Shown: positions 26,148 through 37,482 of the stretch, piece after piece
Numbering within the stretch: position 1 is the stretch's first letter
Layout of the letters: each line of letters begins with the position of its first letter
Assembly: GCA_000165425.1 (NCBI GenBank)
Contig: CT868219.1
Location: 438,728 to 502,727 of the forward strand
DNA length: 64,000 bases
Direction of reading: 5' to 3'
Origin: Paramecium tetraurelia
Taxonomy: Eukaryota
Notes under the pieces: model-generated
The model's input: the letters and a program-made list of their open reading frames with translations, nothing else
What the model was told of the DNA's origin: nothing
Databases searched by the model: none
Made by a program: the position numbers and the translations under genes

Positions 26148-28723
26148 TCAATTTTTTAATATTTCGAATGGATTTTAAGATTTGATTTATTACTTTTTAG
26201 ATTCCTTCTTTTGTTTATTATGGTGATGAGCTATTGCAAAATCTTAAAGTTCATTCTATAATATGTATAAGTATTTACATGAGGTTTTCTGTCTCTGTTG
26301 ATTACTCTCTTTTGATCTTCTTAATCGTTATTCTATCCATCTTTCTATTCTCTATCATTATCTCTTTGAGGCTAATTATCTCTATAACCTTTATTATCTC
26401 GTACATTGTCTCTATTTCCTCTGTTGTCTTAATAATCCTTATTATCTTTATTTTCCCATTTTTCTCGTTTTTCTCTATAATTATTATCTCTTCGCTCCCT
26501 GTTATCGTTATTATCTTATTAATCTCTCTTATCCCATTTATTTCTATTATCCCTATTATCTCTATTATCCCTATTGTCTCTATTATCCCTATTGTCTCGA
26601 TTATCTCGATTATCTCTATTATCTCTATTATCCCTATTATCTCTATTATCCCTATTATCTCTATTATCTTTATTGTCTCTATTATCCCTATTGTCTCTAT
26701 TATCCCTATTGTCTCTATTATCTCTATTGTCCCTATTATCTCTATTATCTCTATGGTCTCGATTATCCCTATTATCTCTATGGTCTCTATTATCCCTATT
26801 ATCTCTATTGTCTCTATTATCCCTATTGTCTCTATTATCTCTATTATCCCTATTGTCTCTATTATCCCTATTGTCTCTATTATCTCTATTATCCCTATTA
26901 TCTCTATTATCCCTATTGTCTCTATTATCTCTATTATCCCTATTATCTCTATTATCTCTATTATCTCTATTATCTCTATTATCTCTATTTTCTCTATTAT
27001 CCCTATTATCTCTATTATCCCTATTATCTCTATTATCTCTTTAATATCGTTGGTCTCTGTTATCTCCATAATCCCTATTATCTCTTTAATATCGTTAATC
27101 TTTATTTTCCCATTTATTTCTATAATCTCTATTGTCTCTTTAATCTCTATTTTCTCTTTAGTCTTTATTATCTCCCTAATCTCTATTATCTTTCTATTCT
27201 TTATTTTCTCCCTATTCTCTATTCTCAATCAATTCTTTAGTTTCTCTTTTATCAGGGTTTTCTCTTTAATCTCTTTTATCCTTATCATAATCTCTATTAT
27301 CTCTTTTATAGTCTCTATTATCTCTATTGTAATTGTCTTTTCTATTTTCATAGTGTTTGTATCCGCCTCTTGGTTATGCTCTATTATTTTCATCATTTTA
27401 GTCTCCACCTTAAACATTATCATTTTAAAAATTTTTTTAATCTCTATTTTAATATTTATTTCCTCTATATTATTTATTATTTCTGAATTGATTATCGGGA
27501 TAATTATCTTTTTATTACTCTGCATTATCGTCTTGATTATTTTGATCTCTATTTCTATAATTATTTTTATAGTTATTATGATAATTATTATTATGATAAT
27601 TTTTATTTTGGTAGTCATTTCCTCTATAATTATTATACCTTTTTTAATTAGATTCTTGATATTATGATTACGATTATTGTTATTGTTATTGCTATTATTA
27701 TTATTATTGCATTTATTGTAATTATTCATCAGTTGGAATTTGAGATTCTTATTATTTCTATACCTTTTCCACTTATTCAACCTTCTTTTCCCCATCATCT
27801 GTAGGTGTTTATTCAATATTTTATGCAACTTAAGATTATTATGCCTTATGATTACTATGCAAAAATTACATTATTTTCTTCTGCTCTTGATGAAGTGTTT
27901 CTGAGTATCTTTGGGGGCTCTTAAACTTTTTAATGTTATTATTGATAATCATTGCCTCTTCTATTTTGATAGTCTCCTCCTCTATACTATTGATCTCTTC
28001 TTTTGTGCATAAAATCATTTTAGTTTTCTTCATTAAACTATCTTGGTTGCTTATGGTATTACTTTCCTTTATTTCCATAATTTCTGTCCCTATCAAAATC
28101 TATTTTCATAAAAATTCTTTCAGTCTTTCCATCAACTTCCTAAATAAAATTATATGTTATCTAATTACAATTTATAATTTATGGACATCAAGTAACTTTT
28201 GGGCATTATCCTTATCTACATCAAATCTAGCTTGATCCTCATGGATTGAGAAATTGTTCATTACAATGTCTTTTAAGACTTCCTTAATTTAATCCTCATT
28301 CAATTTCAGATTTTAGAGATGAATGAGAATGTTGACATTATCCCCATTAAAGTTAGCGAGTTACTCTTTCTTTTATTCAATAAAGCCTAATAATAGACTA
28401 AAACAATTACGATTGTTATCTTTATAATTTCTTCTTTGATTGTTGTCATTCCTATCTCCTCTCTCATTTCTATCACCTCTATAGTTATCTCTATTTTTAT
28501 AATTCCTTTAATTGTCTTTATTGTCTCTTTGATCATTTTCTTATCTAGGATAATCTTTGTTATCCCTGTATCCTCTTTTATTGTTGTTTCTTTAATTATT
28601 ATTGCCTTTATAATTTGATCTTTTTTTGTTTCGGTTATCCTCTTCATCAGAAGCATTTTTTGGTTTATCGTTGTCTTCATCTGATGTCATGTCACCCCAA
28701 TTTTACATTTAATTTTCAGCCAT
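26148..28723 (-). CDS. eIF4B-like RNA-binding protein with degenerate RRM, N/Q/Y-rich region and long RDN repeat
   Basis: MAENQMQNWGDMTSDED.., RRM-like NILIHLQNLKLNEDQIKEVL..ARFDV..IFMKIDFDRDR, an R-D-N repeat tract, and C-terminal NPFEILKN-TGA. Confidence 0.6.
26546..27040 (-). repeat. coding 9-bp tandem repeat, about 55 units, encoding (Arg-Asp-Asn)n
   Basis: Plus-strand units attatctct / attatccct / attgtctct correspond to AGA/AGG GAT/GAC AAT on the minus strand. Variation is mostly synonymous. Confidence 0.95.
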
Positions 28724-28912
28724 TTGCGATTTAAATAATTATTTAATATTAAAGAATCTAATGACTTTTGGATATTTAAATCATATCCATTTCTTATTAT
28801 CATTTATTCATTAATTATTTATCTGAAAGTGCGCAATAAAAATGATTCAATTAAATTATTCTAATATTTACTTAATCACAAATTCTCTCTTGAATATAAA
28901 GAAGATTAATTA

Positions 28913-29890
28913 ATGTTTTATATATTATTACTTATTTCTTATGTGTATTCCTAGGATGAATACTTGTGCGGAAAAGGAGAAAGATAATCACCCATCAGTA
29001 TAACAGACACATTTGTAAATTATTAATAATATATTTGTCATCAATCAGGATGCTAAATACTATAAACTTGAATTAAGGTTTAAAGAAGATGTTCTAGTAG
29101 GACTGAAAGAGGAAAACACCGAATCGAAGAGATATATATTTACAGATGATCCCAGTAGACAAATACCAGAATTTAGAATGTTAGGACATGATCCTCATGG
29201 ATTAATGGTCGGTTATAGACCAACAGAATTTCAATTGATTGCTCCAGCCGAACATTAGATTTTTGAATAATCCTTTGATCTAGAACTTGTTATATGGGGA
29301 GATTTGCTTAATATTTACAAAAATCCAAATGTTAAAGGAGGACTCTCCTTTTTTTTCAAAGTTACCAATTAAGATGAATCGAACATTGTAAATGAAACAT
29401 CAACCACCTTTCCTCAAATTTTTAATGTAATTTAAAATACTATTTCAAGTTAACAGAAGATGGTGATTAATTATCAATCAATATGATCAATTTAGCTGCA
29501 CATTTAAAATTGTATGACAAATATATCACTTACAGAGGCAGTTTGACTTGGGGGGATTGTGATGAAATTGTAGATAGATTTTTAATACCTTAAGTGTTTC
29601 CAATTACTTAAGATCAAGTATAAAATTTTAATTATTTTCAGTATGATTAAATAGTTTCTAAGAAATAAATAAGCAATCCAAATCCTTTACAAGAAATAAG
29701 AAAACGAAGAATTGTGAGGGGTAGTTTAATAATAGAAGATGAAACATCAGCAAATTATAATCCAATCTATAGATTTTTGTCCTTAACTTTTATTGCATTT
29801 TTATTTTTTTTAATTTTTGCCCTGTTTATAAAAGAATAAAGAGAAAAGAGAAGAATGGATCAAGCTAAAAAGTTCAAAAGTGGAAATTGA
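28913..29890 (+). CDS. alpha-carbonic anhydrase-related single-pass membrane protein lacking the Zn ligands
   Basis: Signal peptide, CGKGERQSPISI, EFQLIAPAEH..DLELVIW, YITYRGSLTWGDCDE, NPNPLQEIRKRRI, then TM FLSLTFIAFLFFLIFALF and a basic tail. Confidence 0.8.
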
Positions 29891-30574
29891 CATTATTTAT
29901 TTTAATACATAGTAAAATATTAGAAATCTATTATAATATCAAATAGATTCTTAAACTGAGTTCTTTGTATTTTATAATGAATCCCCTTTTAAATTTAACT
30001 AATCAATGGAGGATATTTTGAATCGGATATATCGGATAATTCATTACAATATTAATAACAATGAACACAATAATAGTAACCGAACAAATTGCTAAATAAC
30101 CTAAATATATTTTGATATCAAACAATGAACATTTTTGATATAATTTTATCCCATTCCAAATCAATTTAAAAGTGAATAATTTTCCAATATCCAATTAGAT
30201 TAGGGAAACAATTAAATGAATATTAAAGGATGGATATCTATATAAATATATTCGATTGAAATATTCACAACTAGGCTTGAAAAAAATACAATAGTAAAAT
30301 TATTAATTAGAACAAAATTGCTCAATATATACTATCAAGTATTTAGTAAAATTATTATTATTTTGGATGATAAGTTTAAAAGTTTGTAGATTAAATATCT
30401 AAGCATTCAAAAAATAAATCTGTGAAGATGAATTTAGTTCAATTTTCAACTTTTTGGATATTGTTCAGAGCAAAGATTAGATGATAATTAATAATAAGAA
30501 TAGTGATATTATTTTTATTGATTAAGATTACTTTTAAATAAATATCATTGAATTCTATTGATTTAAAATAGTTT

Positions 30575-31102
30575 TCATAAGGATTATTCTTACTCAATCA
30601 GATTGGATGATTAACTTTATTATTATTGATTCTCTTGAGATTAGTAGTTTGTCAGATTCAAATTTAATAAGGTATCTGAATAGTCTTATTTTATTATATT
30701 TTCAATAACAGGATTTTTCAATGCTTGAAATAATACAGATTTTAATTTAGAATTTGAAAATTCCAAATTTGACACCTAATTTAAGATTTTATCATACTTT
30801 CTTCTCAATCTTCTCATATTCCTTTTATAAGGGACCTATTTTCTCTAAGGCCTCTCTTTTTCTCTTTTGTGCTTCTCTTGCACTATCTCTATTTCTCTTA
30901 ACACATTGGCATCTTTTACAATTGCAAAATTCATCCTCCTTACTCTTACATTTGTTTTTAATCTTTTCTATTAACTTAGCATAATATTCCAAGGGATTTC
31001 TTTGTGGTTCTTCAGAACTAAAATAAAAAGACAATATTACATTTTATTTTCTATTACAATTTAAATGATTTAATTCTCAATTCTCACTAATTCAACAAAC
31101 AT
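30575..31102 (-). CDS. bZIP-like transcription factor with adjacent Cys cluster (5' end uncertain)
   Basis: FCNCKRCQCVKRNRDSAREAQKRKREALEKIGPLQKEYEKIEKKVSNLEFSNSKL shows a basic region plus L/I heptads. Two introns. Confidence 0.72.
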
Positions 31103-32143
31103 AAATAAAAAGGATTTTAATTTATCATCCAATCTAGTTGAATTAAAGTTGAATTCTTTGCAATCAATTTATGTCAATTCGCCAAACAATCCTTTAATTA
31201 ACTATTCACTTATTTATTTCTAATCATTATTTTAATAGATCCGAATAATTTTTAAATACTTTAATATATATAATTAATAATACTTTTTCTGCATGACATT
31301 CAAAATTACCGTTCGTATTAAATTACTTTTAATTCTCAATTATTTATTCTATTAGATTAGATTGATGAAAATATTGACCCATTTTATAAAACATCTTTGA
31401 AAATGATTATTAGCACTACTCTAATGTCAGTATTGATTATTCCGGTTAACAAAGAAATTAATATAGAAATTCAGCAGACCTATTATCATCTGACAATAAA
31501 TCATTCAGAGTTTTTAAGACTATCTGTTGAGTACTATCTTAGGTTATATGTAATTTTTTAAATATGACTTCACTGATGATGTTGCTAAATAGAAGTGATT
31601 AACTAATTATTGCAATCTAGGAATCTATACTTGTTTAAATAATTACCATTTGTACATTAATTATCTTTAGTCCCCAAGTAAACTAGTTTCTTACTGACAA
31701 TATCACAAATCAGTGTCCATTGTTACTTATCGATTACTATGGAAGTGGGATCTCTTATATAATTCAGTATTAGTTCATCAGAATCAGAAACACTTTATTT
31801 CATTAAATAGATCATTAGATTAGCAATGTATTTGACTAAAATGGGCATTTTCATCTATTAAAGAGAGTCTTTGATTGATATCTGAGAACCTTTCTGTTAA
31901 ATTTACTCTAATAACTTTAATATTTTTTATTGAATAGTACTAATTCTAGTTCAAACTCACAGTCTATTAATTTTAATAATTAAGCTTGCATAATCTAATG
32001 GGGAGGCCTGAATCAACATATATTATTAAACATTTACATTTGGGACTAAATAATCAGGCTGTCAATACCATATATGAGATATAGGAATCAATTTTATCTG
32101 TTGGAATATTCTGGGTTCCAATTGAAGGTATAAGTGGTTTCAT
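31103..32143 (-). CDS. hypothetical helical protein; may continue in frame into the bZIP gene
   Basis: MKPLIPSIGTQNIPTDKIDSYISYM.. stays open with several 22-30 nt introns. No clear stop was found before 31102. Confidence 0.45.
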
Positions 32144-32359
32144 ATGATCTTTATATTAATCGCAAAAATTTTAAAAATATTACACAACATATTAATTTGT
32201 TAATGTATATTAATTGGGAATCTATAAACGAACTTTTGTGAATTTTAAACATGCCAATTCAGTTAGAGAAATGATTTATTTATAATTATTACCCATCAGA
32301 TACTCAACCTAAATATTGAAACATTTACAATATTAAAATATAATAATATATATTTCCGT

Positions 32360-32654
32360 ATGATTAATAATGAAAAGACTGAAATCAAAATAGAGAGAAG
32401 GTACCTGATCATATCAATAAAGTTAAATACCATCTGCTTAACCAAAGAAAGTGTTGGTGAAGAAACCATCTACTAATACTGATAAATAAGAAAAAACTTC
32501 AGAAGAATTAGCTAAGCATTAAGAAATGTTAGATGATCGTCTTAAACAAAAACAATAATAATATGAAGAAGCAAAAGCCAAGATACTCTAAAACTAAAAA
32601 ATTATAAGAAACTAGCAAAAATACAATCTAGAATTCCCGGAATTGCCAAAATGA
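32360..32654 (+). CDS. small SUZ-domain-like protein (~90 aa)
   Basis: KVLVKKPS..LDDRLKQKQQQYEEAKAKIL resembles the SUZ consensus (ILKRP..EEREAEYxxARxRI). One 22-nt intron. Confidence 0.55.
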
Positions 32655-32747
32655 AGCAATACAATATAAACACACATACATCGATATAAAAGTTCTCAAA
32701 ATAACATCACAATTTCTTTATAAAACTATTATCATATTTAATTAATA

Positions 32748-35667
32748 ATGTCTAATGATGATAATTTTCTGATCGAAAGTGATGATGAACACGAAGCTGA
32801 TGATAATGATCTCACTTAATAATAATCTCCTTTAGTCAGAACATCTTTTACAAACCCATTACAATTTAAAATTAATTAGCATTTCAAGGGTGAAATAAAT
32901 GATGATGATGAACAATAAGTTATTTTGACAAGATCATAAAACTATTGTGGAGATGCTAGTGCGCATAGTTAAAACAGCGAAGACCTCAAAGGAATTACTC
33001 ATACAAATAATTCATCTGATGATGAATAAGAACCCACCAGAATCACATAAACCTTCAATAACCCCTTACACAAAATCAAAGAAGAAGTTGACGAGAGCTA
33101 TGAAATTAATATAAATAACTCCGATGAAGAAATCATAGTCAATGAGTTTGCCAAAGCCCATGATTTAGTCATTAAAAATTGCTCCATCAAAATGGTATCC
33201 AAATATTATTTCATTACTAGATATACATCTTTATAAATATATAATTCATTCACTCCAAGAGGCTAGCCTTCCAAATACTCTAAACCAAATTAATTTCAGA
33301 AAAATAACACTAAATCTAACAAAAAAAGTAATTGGCCTCTCATTTAACCAAATGGATATTCAATCATCGAGAAAAAAAAATCAAAGCAACATATTTGAAA
33401 AAATGGAAATTGCAAAATGCTAAAAAGAAGCTTTATGATGAAGCTAAAAAGAGAAATATTGATAAGGCTAAAGATCTAAGACAAGCATAAGGAAGTGCAA
33501 GTACCTCTAATGATACAACTCTTTAAAATAAATCTTAAACTTAGGCTGGAGCCATTAATAGCACTAAATTAGCTACATCAACTTAACCAACTTCATTAAA
33601 TTAATAATCATCGACTTTACCATAATAATAATCGCCACCTCCACCACCACCACCTCCTCCTCCACCATTGCCTAATAGTACTTCAAATGTTACAGCACCA
33701 CCTCCACCTCCACCTCCTCCACCGCCTCCATTACCAAATTCATAAGCTCCACCACCGCCTCCTCCTCCTCCTCCTCCACCACCAATACCAGGTTAATAGA
33801 ATCCTCCTCCTCCTCCTCCTCCTCCATTACCAGGATAATAAGCTCCCCCACCTCCTCCTCCATTACCAGGAGGTGCCAGACCACCTCCACCACCACCTCC
33901 TCCTTTTGGAAATGCTCCTCCTCCTCCACCTCCTCCTCCAGGTTCTAAAATACCAGGTCCACCACCTCCTCCAGGAGGACCTAGACCACCTGGACCACCT
34001 CCTCCTCCTGGATAAGCTGGTGGATGACAAGTAAACACTTTATAATATAAGGGGACCTGGAATTGTAGCCAGAACACCAAAAAAGGATATGGCTCCAAAA
34101 AGAGTTCATGTGAATGTGTTGTCTAAATTCAAACTGAAAACAACATTTTGGTCATAGTAAGTAGAGCCCCAAGGAATAAAAGTAAAATACCATTATTATG
34201 ACTTAGATTCCATTATTGGATTTTGATCTTTTGGAATCGAAGTTTTGCGAGAAAATAGATCCAAATGCTAATAAGAAAGAAACAAAAGCTTTGCCAAAAC
34301 CAACATTGATTTATATAGAAGAATAAAAAAAAGTAAACAACACAGCAATAGTAATGATGAAATTTCCTGTAAAACCAAATTTAATAATCGAATGGCTGAA
34401 CGTGCTTTCAGAGAAATTAGATATTGAACTGATTGAAAAGTTGATTTCAATAGCACCTCTAGATGAAGATGCAAAGTTGTTAAGAGAATTTGAAGGAGAT
34501 TGGACAAAAGTGAATGATGCTGAAAAGTTCTTAGCAGAATTCATAAAGATTTATCGATATCGATAGAGATTAGATAGTTTATTATTTAAAAGAACATTTG
34601 ATTCAGAATTTAATGATACATTTAAAAAGATAGGTTATTTATAAGAACCAATTCTTCTAGTGAAAACAGATCCCCGTTTGAAAATCTTTTTACAATTAAC
34701 ACTTAATATAGCTAATTTTTTAAATCATGGAACTCCAAAAGCAAATGCTGGTGGAATTGGATTAGATAGTTTGAATGTAGTCGATTCAATAAAGGCAATA
34801 GATAAGAAAACAAACCTGTTGTTATATTTAACTAAGATAGTGAAATAATAAGAAATAAAACTCAAAGTCTTTTTTGATGATGTGCTTCTATTGGAGGATG
34901 CTTAAAAGGTAGAATTGGCTGATATTGAAAATAAAATGAATGAATATAATAAAGGGTACTAATATAAATAATATTAAGATTAAAGAAGATTAATGATGAA
35001 ATAGCAGCGCTACAAAAAGCAATAGATAATAGTCTATTGACAGAGGAATAGAATGTTGCATCATTAAAATTCATTGAATTATTTCAAGAATTTTTAAAGG
35101 AAGGAGATTGGAAAATGTAAGCCTATTAAAAGAAGTTCGAGTAGATAAAGTTAGACATAAAGCAAGTGGGCTAAATGTATGGAGAGAATGATAATTACAG
35201 TATCAAAGATTTCTTAGGATAACTATTTACATTTGCAAATAAATTCAGAGCTGCTTACATGTATTATTATTTTACTATTTTAAAGTAAAATGGAAGTAGA
35301 TGAGGCATTAGAAAATAAGCCAAAACCTTAATAACAAGATACAAAAGGCAGATCTAAGACTTTAGTATAATCTACTCCTGAAACCTAAGGGAATAAAAAC
35401 TAATTAGATCCTAAATCTAACTTTTATAAAGCAACGACTCCTAGTAGTGGAATGAGGATGAGTACATCTGCAAAAATGAATGCAAAGAATGGTATCAATT
35501 ATTAATATATAACAAAAGTAATGAGTGCTGTGGCTAAGTAAAGGGAAAGTAAAATGCATGAGAACATTTCAATAGTCTAAAAATAACAATAATAATAAAT
35601 TATACCATAAGCTCCAACAAATGTAATTTAAAATGCTAGAACTGGTGTTATTTCTTTTAAGTAATGA
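32748..35667 (+). CDS. formin (FH1 + FH2), with a frame disruption at the FH1/FH2 junction
   Basis: Acidic N-terminus and polyproline FH1. FH2 has [22 protein letters not shown] and [31 protein letters not shown]. In-frame TGA at 34025-34027. Confidence 0.85.
33635..34009 (+). repeat. CCW-rich polyproline tracts (formin FH1)
   Basis: Runs of CCT/CCA codons interrupted by LPG/Q spacers. Confidence 0.9.
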
Positions 35668-35706
35668 TAAATATATATTTTTAACGATTATAATTTTTAA
35701 TATTAC

Positions 35707-36893
35707 ATGGAAAATTAACAAAGCCAATAAGCATTTTTATAGAGTGTTTCCCTTCTTTTCAGTAAATATATGTCTTAGAACATTTAGAAATTATCAAATT
35801 TCCATTCATTTGTTAAAATTGTGGAAATATTGAAGTTATGAGATAACTTTAAAAAATATTTAATGAAATTGATGAAATTGATATTGATGAATTATCAAGT
35901 AGGATAGTTTTAGTTTCAAAATAGATTCAGAAAAAGAAGGAGGAAACTTTTGTTTCTATTTAATAATAAATCTAGAAATCTTTGAATTATCTATAACCAT
36001 TAAAGACAGACGATCAACAATTATTTAATTTTGAAAATCATGAATAATGTTTACAAAGAGTTTGTGATGTATGCATATTTTCTTTATTTGAGGATATTTT
36101 TGTCAATATCTAGGAACAATTAGAAATTTAGAACTCGTTAAATGAATTGATTGCCATAATGCAGGAACAACAATTATAAATTAATTAATTTCCTCAATCT
36201 AAGAACTTACAGTTAATATCTGAATACAACAACAACAAGATAATAAAAGAAAGATTGGAAGGAGCATTAAAAATTAATTAGAGTCATAAGGAAATCCTGA
36301 AAGAAATTCTTATTAAAATAGGATAAGACAATTCCAATCAGAAGATCAACTATCAAATTTCAATCAAGCAATCTCAACTAGATCTTATATATCTTATTCA
36401 ATAAAATTCAGTATTAAATGAAAAAATAATTGAATTAGAAAGTTAATTAAAGGAAAAGAACAGTTAACTTCTAAAATTTAGTTATTATATTTAACAGATT
36501 GAAAATAGTTAATAAAATTAGAACATCCAGTATGTTGTATCTCAAAAGATCTCATAATAGGATTAGAATACTTAATCATAACAAGACCATAATAATGCTT
36601 AAGATTGTTAGGTTAATTAATCATAATCGGATGAATTCTATTCCATTATTGATTAGAGTCTGAATAACTTTTATGAAAATCAATGCAGATAAAGTTAGGC
36701 AAAACCTTAACAATCAATGACAGTCCTCAAACCCATAAATCAAAATATTATAGTTTAATAAAGTTTTCAAAAATAGAAAGCAACTTTAAATTCTGAAAGG
36801 AAGGTTAATTTTAGTTTTGATTATGGAAACCCTCTGGAAACAAACAATAGTTTTACGTAATAAGAAGATGAGAATTACTAATTTAATTTTTGA
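35707..36893 (+). CDS. hypothetical coiled-coil protein
   Basis: MENQQSQQAFLQSVSLLF.. is kept open by short introns. Q/E/L-rich; TGA at 36891-36893. Confidence 0.55.
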
Positions 36894-36978
36894 ATAGATA
36901 AATTATTTTCGATTACTTATTTATATCTCAGAAATAATAAAATATAATTTATTATTCTTAATCAAAATTGAATTTACT

Positions 36979-37425
36979 TCATTTATGATGACTTTAAATT
37001 TCAAATTAATTATTAAATGGTTATTTAAATGGACTTTATTCTAAGAATTAGACGTTTGATTTGTTAATTTCAGTATATCTACTAAAAGCTAAGGTTGAAG
37101 CACTAAATTTTTATTCAGATTAATGAAAAGGTTTAGGATTAGCATTATGTATATTTGGTGAATGACTATTTTCTAAATTATTTATTTAAGATATTCTTGA
37201 TTATTAGATAGAGCCTTGATGTAAGTTGAATTAATTATGTCCTTTTACATAATCTGGATTCTTTTTGCCAAAATTTAACTAATTAATAGAATTAGATCCA
37301 TCATTTTCATCTGGTTTCCAATTGGCCAATACAACATACTGCATAAAATCCGTTTCAATGTATTCTTCATCAGAATCTTGTTTACTTTCATTTGGATTGT
37401 AAATATCTGATTCACAAGTACCCAT
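36979..37425 (-). CDS. hypothetical 148-aa protein with MGxCxS N-terminus
   Basis: Intronless ORF MGTCESDIYNPNESKQDSDEEY..QSHHK-TGA, 447 nt. Confidence 0.65.
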
Positions 37426-37482
37426 AATAGAGAGTATATAGAAATTATATTAAATATAATAATATATTAATTTAGTAATATA

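Noticed and set aside
26546..27040. Tandem array as CRISPR, telomere or satellite
   Set aside because: It has no unique spacers, is not a C4A2/C3A3 telomeric repeat, and lies within a coding exon.
26234..27667. 477-aa Ile/Ser-rich plus-strand ORF and the overlapping SLL and IIE ORFs
   Set aside because: These are shadow frames of the minus-strand RDN 9-mer. Repeat variation is synonymous in the RDN frame, which is the one continuous with the gene's ATG and TGA.
34025..34027. In-frame TGA in formin as selenocysteine or readthrough
   Set aside because: Readthrough alone does not reach FH2 because the frame also changes, and there is no redox context.
33687..34098. His/Leu-rich, Glu-rich and poly-Gly ORFs in the track
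   Set aside because: They are alternative frames and the antisense of the formin polyproline FH1.
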